This document shows positions 7,261 through 15,749 of a stretch of 64,000 bases of DNA, in pieces. How positions within the stretch are numbered: the first letter of the stretch is position 1; each line of letters opens with the position of its first letter. Location: the IMG/VR virus record IMGVR_UViG_3300043220_000070, positions 1 to 64,000 of that record. One strand, written 5' to 3'. Made by a program: the position numbers and the translations under genes. Below the pieces are notes generated by a model. That model searched no databases. It was not told where the DNA came from and saw only the letters and a program-made list of their open reading frames with translations. Origin of the DNA: a virus (taxonomy: Duplodnaviria; Caudoviricetes).

Positions 7261-7407
7261 ATGCGTTGTAGGCTATGTGGATGGCTAGTCAAGAAGCTAT
7301 GCTCTAGGGGCGAAACTTGCCCGGCGTGTACCAACGGTCGCCATCCAGTAGGGGCGCGCACCTGGGAGCCTTGCCAGTATGAGGAGGTGACAACATGCAA
7401 GGACTAG
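7261..7407 (+). CDS. 48-aa Cys-rich microprotein (not in ORF track)
   Basis: GAGGAGG RBS; MRCRLCG..CSRGETCPACTNGRH. Confidence 0.5.
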   Translation: MRCRLCGWLVKKLCSRGETCPACTNGRHPVGARTWEPCQYEEVTTCKD

Positions 7408-7601
7408 AACAACTCAAGGCCGACAACTACAGAGCCGCGGCCCGGGAGCTGGCCGACTTGAGGGCCGACACTCTCAAGGGCCTAGCCTACGCCTACCAAA
7501 CGAGGGGGGTGACGGGCGTTCTTGACCTGCTGACAGATGCGGAAGTGTTGGGGCCTGTATTCGACGCCTTCGCCGACTTGAGGCGAGACAATGAGGGATA
7601 G
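7395..7601 (+). CDS. small helical protein
   Basis: GAGGAGG RBS, 68 aa. Confidence 0.65.
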   Translation: MQGLEQLKADNYRAAARELADLRADTLKGLAYAYQTRGVTGVLDLLTDAEVLGPVFDAFADLRRDNEG

Positions 7602-7672
7602 GCTGGCGCTTGTCCTGCTGGTACTGCTGGGCTTCGGCCCCGCACTCCTGGCGTTGAGGCGGAAGCGGTAAA

Positions 7673-7981
7673 ATGGACGGGAGGCCAGACATCCTGACCC
7701 TGCTCCATGCCGTATCATGCGCTACAAGCATTGATGAGGCCAAAATTGCGTTCGCGCTGCTGGCAGCCGAAGACTTGCAGGCGGCGAAGGGCCTGGCGGA
7801 AGTCCTGATACGGGCTATCCCCCAGACCGCCCCAGTGTGGGCGGCCGTCCTGGACGGGGCCAGGGAGCAGGGAGTCACGCGGGCCAAGCCGAAGTCGTTC
7901 CGTTGGGGCCAACGCGACGCGCAGCACACCGCCGACAAGATAGCCGCCCGCATGGGCTGGCGGGATATAGAGAGGAGGTGA
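7673..7981 (+). CDS. hypothetical protein
   Basis: 102-aa ORF within the operon. Confidence 0.6.
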   Translation: MDGRPDILTLLHAVSCATSIDEAKIAFALLAAEDLQAAKGLAEVLIRAIPQTAPVWAAVLDGAREQGVTRAKPKSFRWGQRDAQHTADKIAARMGWRDIERR

Positions 7982-7985
7982 AAGC

Positions 7986-8318
7986 ATGACATACATTGAG
8001 GCGCGGCTGATAGTACCGACCGAGCCGAACGCGGTGAAGCGCGAGAGTTGGCGGGAGGCTTACGAGACACAGCTGGCGCTACTTGAGCGTGACCTAGTGC
8101 GGACGTTTGGGGGCTACACGGCCACAGAGGGACGTGGCGCATGGGACACAGGCGAGGGTGCTGTGCAGTACGAGCGAGTGCGGGTGTACCTACTCAGCTT
8201 TGAGGGGCTGGCCCATGACCCACGGTTACACTACTTGCGGGACATGGTGAAAGAACGGCTAGACCAGAAGGCCGTGTACCTAAGTCACACGATAATCGAA
8301 GATGAGGCGGTGCTATAG
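7986..8318 (+). CDS. DUF3574 / phage SAM-lyase-like (PII/ferredoxin fold) protein
   Basis: FGGYT..EGRGAW...G..QYE...DQKAVYL pattern. Confidence 0.55.
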   Translation: MTYIEARLIVPTEPNAVKRESWREAYETQLALLERDLVRTFGGYTATEGRGAWDTGEGAVQYERVRVYLLSFEGLAHDPRLHYLRDMVKERLDQKAVYLSHTIIEDEAVL

Positions 8319-8328
8319 GAGGTACGCC

Positions 8329-8583
8329 ATGGGTGAGCACAAGTGCGAAGTGTCGTTTGATACCGTCTACGCCAAAGCTAAAGGAATGGCCGACACCCTA
8401 AAGTGGGACGGCGTCTCGCAGGAGCTAATGGACTACGCTCTAGTGGCAGAGGTGACGGACACGCCACTAGACAGGGCCATCGTCTACCTGAAGGACACGG
8501 GCAGCCCCAAGCACGCGCTGGGGCGTCTACTGATACGAGCTGCTGAACGTGCACTACGCGCGGCCGGTGATACTGTCGAGTAG
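8329..8583 (+). CDS. hypothetical protein
   Basis: AGGAGG RBS. Confidence 0.65.
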   Translation: MGEHKCEVSFDTVYAKAKGMADTLKWDGVSQELMDYALVAEVTDTPLDRAIVYLKDTGSPKHALGRLLIRAAERALRAAGDTVE

Positions 8584-8593
8584 GAGGTGAACC

Positions 8594-8773
8594 ATGGACG
8601 AAAGAATCTGTACCGGGTGTGGAGGGCCAGAGAGTGAGCACGTCCTATCAATCGTGAACGACAACTTCATCGCTCGTCGAACCTACGATATAGTACGGGC
8701 GCATCTCTGCCCAGGCCAACTAGAGGACATCGACACTTTCGAGCCGGGGGATGAGGAAGAAGACGCTACATAG
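8594..8773 (+). CDS. 59-aa acidic CxxC..H microprotein (not in ORF track)
   Basis: AGGAGG RBS; ICTGCGGPESEH. Confidence 0.6.
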   Translation: MDERICTGCGGPESEHVLSIVNDNFIARRTYDIVRAHLCPGQLEDIDTFEPGDEEEDAT

Positions 8774-8945
8774 GCTGCACGAGGAGTGCAGTAGGGGAGG
8801 CGGCGGCTCACGCCTTGCCGGTTTCACCCGCCTCCCCTTACACTCCCTCTACAGCGGCGGGGTACGCCCTGCCGCTTCTGGGCCTCTGGTCATGGAGCCG
8901 ATTGCAGGCCGATGCGCTGCGCTAGCCTTTGCATTGGGCTAGGGG

Positions 8946-8973
8946 TTCAGAAGCGGCTGGATGTGTCGATACT
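8946..8973 (+). promoter_or_regulatory. putative phage early promoter TTCAGA-N16-GATACT
   Basis: Repeated motif. Confidence 0.55.
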
Positions 8974-8991
8974 TAGAGTAGGAGGTGAGCA

Positions 8992-9216
8992 ATGGCCAAC
9001 GTGATAGTGGGCGAGACGGCCCAGTACGCGGAGATTGTCGATGCACTCGACGGCCTCAAGGAGCTACGCATCGACCTTGCGGACTGGGCAGAGCACAAGC
9101 ACACGCTCGATGAGGTAGGGTTGCTGCTGCTCAGCATCACGGAGCCTGGCATCATCGAGGGCGTGGAGCCTTGTAGGAAGGTAGGCGATGACGAAGACGA
9201 AGACAGCGAAGCGTGA
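8992..9216 (+). CDS. small acidic protein
   Basis: AGGAGG RBS; acidic tail. Confidence 0.65.
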   Translation: MANVIVGETAQYAEIVDALDGLKELRIDLADWAEHKHTLDEVGLLLLSITEPGIIEGVEPCRKVGDDEDEDSEA

Positions 9217-9392
9217 CAAGGGCTACGGGATGCGCCGGCGCCAGTCGCTAGCGGCCCGCCACGACCACCATAAGGTCAAGGTGCACACCTGCCCACGGTG
9301 TAACCCTGGTGGGTGGCACCCAGATGACGTGTCTATGCCCACCACTAAGGTCGATACCGGTTGATTGGGAACCTACCAAGAGGAGGTGCAAC

Positions 9393-9740
9393 ATGGCATA
9401 CCTAGACCTACGTGACCTGGCCGACGAGCTAGAGGAGCTAGAACGCCTAGAGGAGCTAGACGCCACAGAACAAGAGCGGCTAGAGGCCCTCCGTGAGCTA
9501 CAAGGAGAGCTGTTCACCGACACGCTGGCCGAGTACGCGGAGCACGAGTCGGCCATGATTCCCGAAGGGGAGTTTGCGGAGTACGCCGAGGAGTTTGCCT
9601 ATGATGTGGGTTATGCCGACCATGCCGACAACAACCCGCTCCACGCCTACATCGATTGGGAGGAGTGGGCGGAGGACTTGAAGTCGGACTACAGGGAAGT
9701 CACGTTCGAGGGGGAAACCTACCTCATGCGGGCGTACTGA
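9393..9740 (+). CDS. ArdA-like antirestriction (DNA-mimic) protein
   Basis: Very acidic 115-aa protein; C-terminal LHAYIDWEEWAEDLKSDY..F.GETYL.R resembles the ArdA C-terminus. Confidence 0.65.
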   Translation: MAYLDLRDLADELEELERLEELDATEQERLEALRELQGELFTDTLAEYAEHESAMIPEGEFAEYAEEFAYDVGYADHADNNPLHAYIDWEEWAEDLKSDYREVTFEGETYLMRAY

Positions 9741-9922
9741 GAGGAGGAGGACAATGGCTAACGCACGAGCGGGCTTCTGCCCCGGGAGGCAGTTGCCCTT
9801 CATCCGTCAGGTGGTGAAGCAACCAGACCGCGGGCCGCCACGCTGCCAGACGTGCGGACGGGCCTCGAATTGTTGTTGCGGCCCTGACTGTACCTGCCAA
9901 GTGACGAAGGAGGGGGAGGCAA

Positions 9923-10189
9923 ATGTTCTACGTGGGAGTGACTGACGGGCCAACACTCGTCGTCCTGGCAATCGTGGTCTTGGTGGTACACATGGCGCTC
10001 GACGGCTACCGCATGTTGCGGAACCTGCGCTTCCTGCGGCACATCAAGTACGAGCGTGGCTGGACGGCTCTGTGCCCGCGCTGCATCTACATCGAGGAGA
10101 AGTTGGGAGCCATGCGCCACGAGGCCATCTGGACGGCGGCCGCCGTCGTCGCCCTTGCCGGTCACATCACGCTGGACTTTGTAGGATAG
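9923..10189 (+). CDS. small membrane protein
   Basis: Two hydrophobic segments; RBS present. Confidence 0.55.
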   Translation: MFYVGVTDGPTLVVLAIVVLVVHMALDGYRMLRNLRFLRHIKYERGWTALCPRCIYIEEKLGAMRHEAIWTAAAVVALAGHITLDFVG

Positions 10190-10200
10190 GAGGTGTAGAG

Positions 10201-10644
10201 ATGCAATGTAAAAGTTGCGGTGGCCCCCTAGCGGCACGCCACATCCGGGACTACCTTGTAGACGAGAACGGAGTGAGTTGCTTCACAGGGACGGATTGGG
10301 ATTACATGCAAGTGGTTTGCCTCTCGTGTGGAGCCCAACATGCCCACGAGGTGATACATAAGAGCGGCGACCAGCACACCATCGCCCTTGAAGCCAACAG
10401 CGACCCGGAACCCGTGGCGACGGTCGCTATTTACTTCCAAAAAGGCCACCTCATAGGTATACGTGCTGACCGATGGGTGGGGCTACTCATCATTGACGAA
10501 GACCGCCAGGAGATAGGCCGGTTCAACACCCACCCAGACGAGGGCAACTGGGAGGCAGTGAAGAAGCTAGAGGCACTCATCCCTAAGGGGGAACACAAAG
10601 CGAGCTTCAAGGAGGTGGAGGATGACGACACGGAAGCCAATTGA
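10201..10644 (+). CDS. zinc-ribbon hypothetical protein
   Basis: MQCKSCGG...VCLSCG; AGGAGG RBS. Confidence 0.65.
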   Translation: MQCKSCGGPLAARHIRDYLVDENGVSCFTGTDWDYMQVVCLSCGAQHAHEVIHKSGDQHTIALEANSDPEPVATVAIYFQKGHLIGIRADRWVGLLIIDEDRQEIGRFNTHPDEGNWEAVKKLEALIPKGEHKASFKEVEDDDTEAN

Positions 10645-11101
10645 CCCATTCCTACAGCTCAAATACAAGGGTCAGGCCCTACGGGGCTACCAGCACCTAA
10701 ACAACCAACCCCTCGACCTGATGCACAACCACGAGAAGGGTCAGGGGGGCATTAGGTACGCCGGCTTCTGCGAGACGGCGCCGGAGTACCACCTGTTTGT
10801 GTGCATAGGCCACAGCCCACCACCCCGCAAGGAGGTGAAGCTGTTGACCTTTGACCGGCAGTCCTTCGACCCGGAGTCAAAGGCGGGACTAGGTGGGTGC
10901 TCCATGCGGGGCTGCCCGGGAGACGCCGTAGCGATGGACACCACTGCCCGCAGAGCGTACTGCGAACCGTGCGCCTTGCGCGCCAGGGGCATCATACCCT
11001 GCCCGTCGGCGTTTATTCTACCGTGTAACCACCGGCTGGGCCTTGACCTGTGGCCTCACGCCACGCCCTGCCCAACATGTACAGCATTTGAGGAGGACTG
11101 A
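10622..11101 (+). CDS. Cys-rich hypothetical protein
   Basis: Several CxxC motifs. Confidence 0.6.
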   Translation: MTTRKPIDPFLQLKYKGQALRGYQHLNNQPLDLMHNHEKGQGGIRYAGFCETAPEYHLFVCIGHSPPPRKEVKLLTFDRQSFDPESKAGLGGCSMRGCPGDAVAMDTTARRAYCEPCALRARGIIPCPSAFILPCNHRLGLDLWPHATPCPTCTAFEED

Positions 11102-11102
11102 G

Positions 11103-11345
11103 ATGGAGTGGAAAGCGACGTTTAGGTTGAAGGATTTACTCACGCCGGAGGACGTGGAGCCTGAGACCGCGCGAGGTCTAGCAGCTACTGTTCTTGAACG
11201 GCTACAGGGTGGGTCGCCATTCTCGCTCAGGGCTCGGTCGGAATTGGCCACCTGGTTCAACGATGTAGATGACCAAGAACTGTTCAACGAAGCACTCGAC
11301 GTGCTGTATTCGATAGCCGACGCTGAGCGCATCTGGGTTGAGTAA
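11103..11345 (+). CDS. small phage protein
   Basis: GAGGAGG RBS; C-terminal FNEALDVLYSIADAERIWVE. Confidence 0.7.
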   Translation: MEWKATFRLKDLLTPEDVEPETARGLAATVLERLQGGSPFSLRARSELATWFNDVDDQELFNEALDVLYSIADAERIWVE

Positions 11346-11512
11346 CATGGCTGAACAAGAGGAGGAGCTACGCCAGTGCGACGGCTGCCGCACCACTAGG
11401 CGCTGCCGGCCGTTCCGGGAGCTGTGGCTTTGTGTGAGCGGGCCACAGAAGTGCTGGAAGCACCGGCACGTCATTGGTAATGCCCGACGGTAGCGCTGCG
11501 TTATAGTAGATA

Positions 11513-11582
11513 GGGCTGGAAGGGCAGGCTACAGCAGGCCGGACGAGTTTCCCTAACCCGGGCTAAATTCCCGGGCCAGCCC
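11513..11582 (+). ncRNA. candidate tRNA-like (minihelix) RNA
   Basis: 7-bp GGGCTGG/CCAGCCC stem stacked on a 6-bp, 7-nt-loop hairpin; TATAGT 6 nt upstream; no canonical D arm or anticodon arm. Confidence 0.3.
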
Positions 11583-11606
11583 CCTACCCAAATCAGGAGG
11601 TGCAAC

Positions 11607-11786
11607 ATGAAGACATTTCGAGTCGTGACCACAGAGACCCTGGAGACCGTCTACCTCGTGGAGGCGGCAAACGAAGACGAGGCCGGCGAGATGGCCCTTG
11701 CGGGCGACGGTGAGGTACTCTATACTGACACCTCGAACCTGGAAATATCCGAGGTTACAGAAGTACCCGAAGAGGAGGGCGATTGA
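11607..11786 (+). CDS. 59-aa acidic microprotein (not in ORF track)
   Basis: AGGAGG RBS; MKTFRVVTTETLETVYLVEAANEDEAGEMAL. Confidence 0.7.
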   Translation: MKTFRVVTTETLETVYLVEAANEDEAGEMALAGDGEVLYTDTSNLEISEVTEVPEEEGD

Positions 11787-11953
11787 GCCCCATAGCCTAC
11801 GCCCTCTACACCTACCTCCGGCGCCGGGCAGACGGTGACAATATCGTGATGGAGGAGTTGACGCGCGTACTGCGGGCGAGTAAGACCACCATCAGAGCGG
11901 CGTTTGAAGAGCTGAGCCAAGAAGGACTCCTATCCTATTCCCAGGAGGCGTAA
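11783..11953 (+). CDS. 56-aa winged-helix DNA-binding microprotein (not in ORF track)
   Basis: TTG start with GAGGAGG RBS; EELTRVLRASKTTIRAAFEELSQEGLL is a wHTH signature. Confidence 0.6.
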   Translation: MSPIAYALYTYLRRRADGDNIVMEELTRVLRASKTTIRAAFEELSQEGLLSYSQEA

Positions 11954-11954
11954 C

Positions 11955-12101
11955 ATGAGTAGAAACGACCTACACGCACGGCAACGCCGCTTCCTAGCCA
12001 ACCTAGTGGCCCTACTCGTCGTCGGTACGGTGTTGGTGGCGGTCTACGGAGTCATCATCCTCGCCTTCTTCGGCGTGGACGTGTTGGGTTATGGGCATTA
12101 G
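11955..12101 (+). CDS. 48-aa membrane microprotein (not in ORF track)
   Basis: AGGAGG RBS; long hydrophobic stretch. Confidence 0.6.
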   Translation: MSRNDLHARQRRFLANLVALLVVGTVLVAVYGVIILAFFGVDVLGYGH

Positions 12102-12103
12102 CC

Positions 12104-13633
12104 TTGAGTTCTGGGCGGATACCTACCCGCCATGTCAGACGGGCCGCAACATCTGGGACTGGCTTCTCTCGGTGGCATCATGGGGGCCTAAGCATGATGC
12201 CATCTGCCGGGCATGGTGGAAGAGGCACGTTGGTGGGCCGTAACACCATCGTCATGACCAACACCTGGGCTCAGTTCGCCGGCCCCAATGTCTTCCAGGC
12301 AAGGGAGGTACTGAGCTACCAGCAACACGGGTACAAGTACACGCAGGCGCACCGCCGCGGCGGGTGGGATGGCACTGTATACTTGATGCGGGCCAAGGGC
12401 CGTTTCGCCGCCGGGCTGGTGCCGTGGCTCGTAGACCGACTGGCGAGGGAGGGTATCAGGGTGGAGGTGGACGACCAGAGACCGGAGCCCCTACCCCAGG
12501 ACACTCACCTTGCCAAACTTCGTAGTACCACGGACTTCAGGATTCACCAACGTAATGCGATTGAGCAGGCACTAGACCAGGAACGGGGAGTTGTACACCA
12601 CCCAACAGCGGCCGGCAAAACGGAAATAATGATTGCCCTCACGGAGTGTATTGGCCGGCCGGCACTGGTGCTGGTGCACCGCAAGGACTTGATGTACCAG
12701 GCGGCAGAGCGTTTCATGAAGACGCTCGGCTGCGGTAAGGAGACCGTTGGAATCGTCGGTGACGGGCTGTGGGAGCCCCGGGTCATTACCATAGCCACCT
12801 TCCAAACGCTGTACATGCGCCTCAAGGAGGGGGTGACGGACGTACAGAACTGGCTACAGAAGGAGATAGGACAGGTGCACGTAGATGAGTGTCACCACCT
12901 ACCTGCTAGGAGCTACGAGAAGGTGATGGCCCAGCTCTGGTCGGCACGTTGGCGCTACGGCTATTCAGCGACCCCCTACAAGGAGGCCGACCCTGAGACA
13001 CAGTTCAAGGTGATGGCCTGGCTTGGGCCAACGGTGCACCAGGTGGGGGCCGAGGAGCTAGCGGAGCGGGGCCACCTGGTGCCGGCGGATGTCTTCATGA
13101 TTCGCCTGAAGCCCTCCCCCGTTACCTACAAGGACTGGCCAATGGCGGTACAGGGCGGCATCGTGGATAACTACGCGCGCAACGACATGATAGTGCGACT
13201 GGCCCGGGAGTTGCCCAAGCCCGTCGTCATCCTCGTGGAGCGCCTGGCACACGGGGAGTACCTGGCCCGGGAGCTCGGCACTCAGTTCGTAGCGGGGAAC
13301 GCCAGCACCAGCACACGCCAGACAGCATGGTCAGCGCTACGTCAAGGGGTACTTCAGGTTCTCGTGGCCTCAAGGATTGCTGACGAAGGCTTGGATATAC
13401 CCCAGATTCGTTCGCTCATACTGGCGGGGGGAGGGAAGGCACCACATCTCACGGTTCAACGTATCGGGCGTGGGATGAGGGTCGCCGGCGGGAAGGAAAG
13501 AATTTTTTGCTTCGATTTCCTCGACCGGGGGAAGTGGTTGGGAGCCCACGCCAAGCGCCGGCTCCAAACGTATAACGAACAGCCGGCCTACACTGTGGCT
13601 GAAGTAGACATTGAGGAGGTACTAGGGACATGA
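12104..13633 (+). CDS. SF2 DEAD/DEAH-box (UvsW/ResIII-like) helicase
   Basis: HPTAAGKT (Walker A), DECH, SATP, QRIGRGMR; true start probably near 12230-12260. Confidence 0.9.
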   Translation: MSSGRIPTRHVRRAATSGTGFSRWHHGGLSMMPSAGHGGRGTLVGRNTIVMTNTWAQFAGPNVFQAREVLSYQQHGYKYTQAHRRGGWDGTVYLMRAKGRFAAGLVPWLVDRLAREGIRVEVDDQRPEPLPQDTHLAKLRSTTDFRIHQRNAIEQALDQERGVVHHPTAAGKTEIMIALTECIGRPALVLVHRKDLMYQAAERFMKTLGCGKETVGIVGDGLWEPRVITIATFQTLYMRLKEGVTDVQNWLQKEIGQVHVDECHHLPARSYEKVMAQLWSARWRYGYSATPYKEADPETQFKVMAWLGPTVHQVGAEELAERGHLVPADVFMIRLKPSPVTYKDWPMAVQGGIVDNYARNDMIVRLARELPKPVVILVERLAHGEYLARELGTQFVAGNASTSTRQTAWSALRQGVLQVLVASRIADEGLDIPQIRSLILAGGGKAPHLTVQRIGRGMRVAGGKERIFCFDFLDRGKWLGAHAKRRLQTYNEQPAYTVAEVDIEEVLGT

Positions 13634-13785
13634 CCCCACCGAAAGAGAACCCAGGACTGCAACTGTACCCAGTTTGTGACTTCTGTCCCCGGGTGGCGCC
13701 AGTGTTCAGGCTCAAGCCACGCAGGGGTTACACGGAGCTGTTCCTCTGCCTGTCCTGCATCAAAGAGCTGGACAATGCCTGGTAG
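13630..13785 (+). CDS. 51-aa C4 zinc-finger microprotein (not in ORF track)
   Basis: ATGA overlap; VCDFC...LCLSCIKEL. Confidence 0.6.
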   Translation: MTPPKENPGLQLYPVCDFCPRVAPVFRLKPRRGYTELFLCLSCIKELDNAW

Positions 13786-13828
13786 ACTGAGTGAGCTCGA
13801 GCGTCGAAGAAGCCAAGGAGTGGCGGTC

Positions 13829-14101
13829 GTGCACTACACGGACGGGGACTATAGATGCAAATGGTTTACCCCTACCTACTTCACCGACAACGAGGACGAG
13901 TGGTGGGAGGTGGACGCTGAGCGGGTGAAGCGGGAGTACGTTCCCACCTTTAACTACGACCTTGGACGAATGCGGGAGGAGCCGGGCGAGCCGCAGCACC
14001 TTCTCTACGAGGTCTATTGGAACAGCGAGCTGGTGTGGGAGCTGTTCCTTGCGAGCTATGACCCAGTTGCGCTACCATCAGAGGAGGAGGTGCAGCAATG
14101 A
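13829..14101 (+). CDS. acidic hypothetical protein
   Basis: GTG with AAGGAG RBS inside the 13676-14101 ORF. Confidence 0.55.
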   Translation: MHYTDGDYRCKWFTPTYFTDNEDEWWEVDAERVKREYVPTFNYDLGRMREEPGEPQHLLYEVYWNSELVWELFLASYDPVALPSEEEVQQ

Positions 14102-14406
14102 CCGCACGAACCGAAAAAATACTTGAGTTACAACGAGACCTAGACATTCTCCGGGAGAAATACGACACTCTATGCACCCAGAGCGGGACAATGGCAGGCG
14201 AGGTACGGAGCCTTAGCGCTTCGCTGGGCACGCAGATAGAGCAGAACGTGGCGCTGCTGGCGGCCCTGCAAAGGGCCTTTCCCATCCTTGTCGGTCTATG
14301 TAACAGGGCGGGCTTAGACCCTGACTTGTTGGGCTACACAAGTGACGGTTGGGCAGCAAAAGAGGCAGTTCGCGCCGTCATCGCCGGCCGGGAGGCGCAG
14401 CAATGA
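14098..14406 (+). CDS. coiled-coil protein
   Basis: Heptad pattern; ATGA overlaps. Confidence 0.65.
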   Translation: MTARTEKILELQRDLDILREKYDTLCTQSGTMAGEVRSLSASLGTQIEQNVALLAALQRAFPILVGLCNRAGLDPDLLGYTSDGWAAKEAVRAVIAGREAQQ

Positions 14407-14684
14407 AGTCAAGGCGTATTGAGACGGTAACGCAGCGTCTAACGCTGGAGATAGGGTTCGCCGGGGAGCTCGGAGCGGCCGGACTCACCGAGGCCATCAT
14501 TGAGGCGCTCGAGAAGGGTGGCGTCCTCGAAGAGGCGGGCATCATCTACATCCGGGCTGAAGCTCCCGGTGAGAGGCTGATGGCCATCGACCTCTGGGCG
14601 CCGGAGCCCGAAGCACCGCCGGCTGAGCCGCCAATGACCCCCGAGGCTGTCGAGGACGACCCGCCACCAGAGCCAAACGTATGA
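14403..14684 (+). CDS. hypothetical protein with Pro/Glu tail
   Basis: ATGA overlap; GGAGG RBS. Confidence 0.6.
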   Translation: MKSRRIETVTQRLTLEIGFAGELGAAGLTEAIIEALEKGGVLEEAGIIYIRAEAPGERLMAIDLWAPEPEAPPAEPPMTPEAVEDDPPPEPNV

Positions 14685-14689
14685 AACCT

Positions 14690-14930
14690 AGTGTGACCCA
14701 CAAAACGTGTAGTCAGGCACAAGGGGTTGTGGGTTACAATGGGTTGTGCCTCACAACCGTTTTTGTACCTGAGGAGGTGGCGAAAATGTGTTGTGGGTCA
14801 CAACCCGTTGTGAGGCACCTTTCATTAGCAGTGTAAGTAAGGAGAAGGAATGGGTACAGCAATACAAAGGCTAAACCCTAGGTGGGTCACAACCCTTTTG
14901 CCCCTAAACCCTAGGTGAGCCACAATGGAT
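14690..14930. repeat. iteron/operator cluster B (same family as 4485-4700)
   Basis: 17-bp-period copies at 14718, 14735 and 14752, an inverted copy at 14799-14812, and AAACCCTAGGTG-N3-CACAA units near 14873 and 14907. Confidence 0.8.
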
Positions 14931-15113
14931 TACCCCATCCGTCGCACACCACCACCCAGAAGGGAGAAACGACTAGTATACAAGCCGGGGCAGACGGTAG
15001 GGCTCTGTAACATCTGCCGTATCTACCGCGTTTTTGAATTCACACCCGCCCTGACGTGCAGGTGCACCACCTGTGGGTGGGAGATAAGCCTAGAGGAGGT
15101 ACAAGGTGCTTGA
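14925..15113 (+). CDS. zinc-ribbon microprotein
   Basis: CNIC...CTTCGW. Confidence 0.55.
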   Translation: MDYPIRRTPPPRREKRLVYKPGQTVGLCNICRIYRVFEFTPALTCRCTTCGWEISLEEVQGA

Positions 15114-15219
15114 AGAAGAAATCTACCACATCATCAATTACTTTCCCCATTGGGTCTGGGCTTGGGTGTTGCTCACTGCACTAGCAGCTAGCGCAGTCAA
15201 GAAGTAGAGGAGGTGCACA

Positions 15220-15432
15220 ATGACCGAGCTAAGAAGTCACCCTGACAACGTGAAGGTCGGACAGGTATGGCAGGACAACGACCCAAGAATGTGGGAAAGG
15301 AAGCTACGTGTGGTGGGGGTAGGGTTTGGCTTTGTCTTCATGGAGGACTCAGGGGGGAAGAAGAGGCGCTACCTGCTCCGGCGAATGCGTGACAACAGCC
15401 GGGGCTTTCGCCTGGTAGAGGAGGTATCATGA
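15220..15432 (+). CDS. small beta-barrel-like protein
   Basis: VKVGQVWQDND..RKLRVV; RBS present. Confidence 0.65.
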   Translation: MTELRSHPDNVKVGQVWQDNDPRMWERKLRVVGVGFGFVFMEDSGGKKRRYLLRRMRDNSRGFRLVEEVS

Positions 15433-15749
15433 CGAACGCAATAGACGAGGCGAAGCGGCTGCTGGCGGCGGCAGAGCAAAAGGGGGGCTGCACGGGCTTC
15501 AAAGCCGGACGCGATTATTGCCCCGGATGTTCCGCTGATGCCGCACTAAGTCTGATTATGGAGCGGGGCAAGGAGTTCCTGCGCGTCCTCATAATCACGG
15601 CGGAGGCGCTGAGGGAGGATGGTCACGACTCACAGAAGTACATGTGCCTGGTAGGGAGAACAGTGCCACTTGAGAAGGCTAGTTGCTCAGGTTGCACGGC
15701 CCTCGCCGAGTTTGAGAAGCTGTTTCCGAAGGAGGTACAAGATGACTAA
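15429..15749 (+). CDS. hypothetical protein
   Basis: ATGA overlap; GAGG RBS. Confidence 0.6.
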   Translation: MTNAIDEAKRLLAAAEQKGGCTGFKAGRDYCPGCSADAALSLIMERGKEFLRVLIITAEALREDGHDSQKYMCLVGRTVPLEKASCSGCTALAEFEKLFPKEVQDD

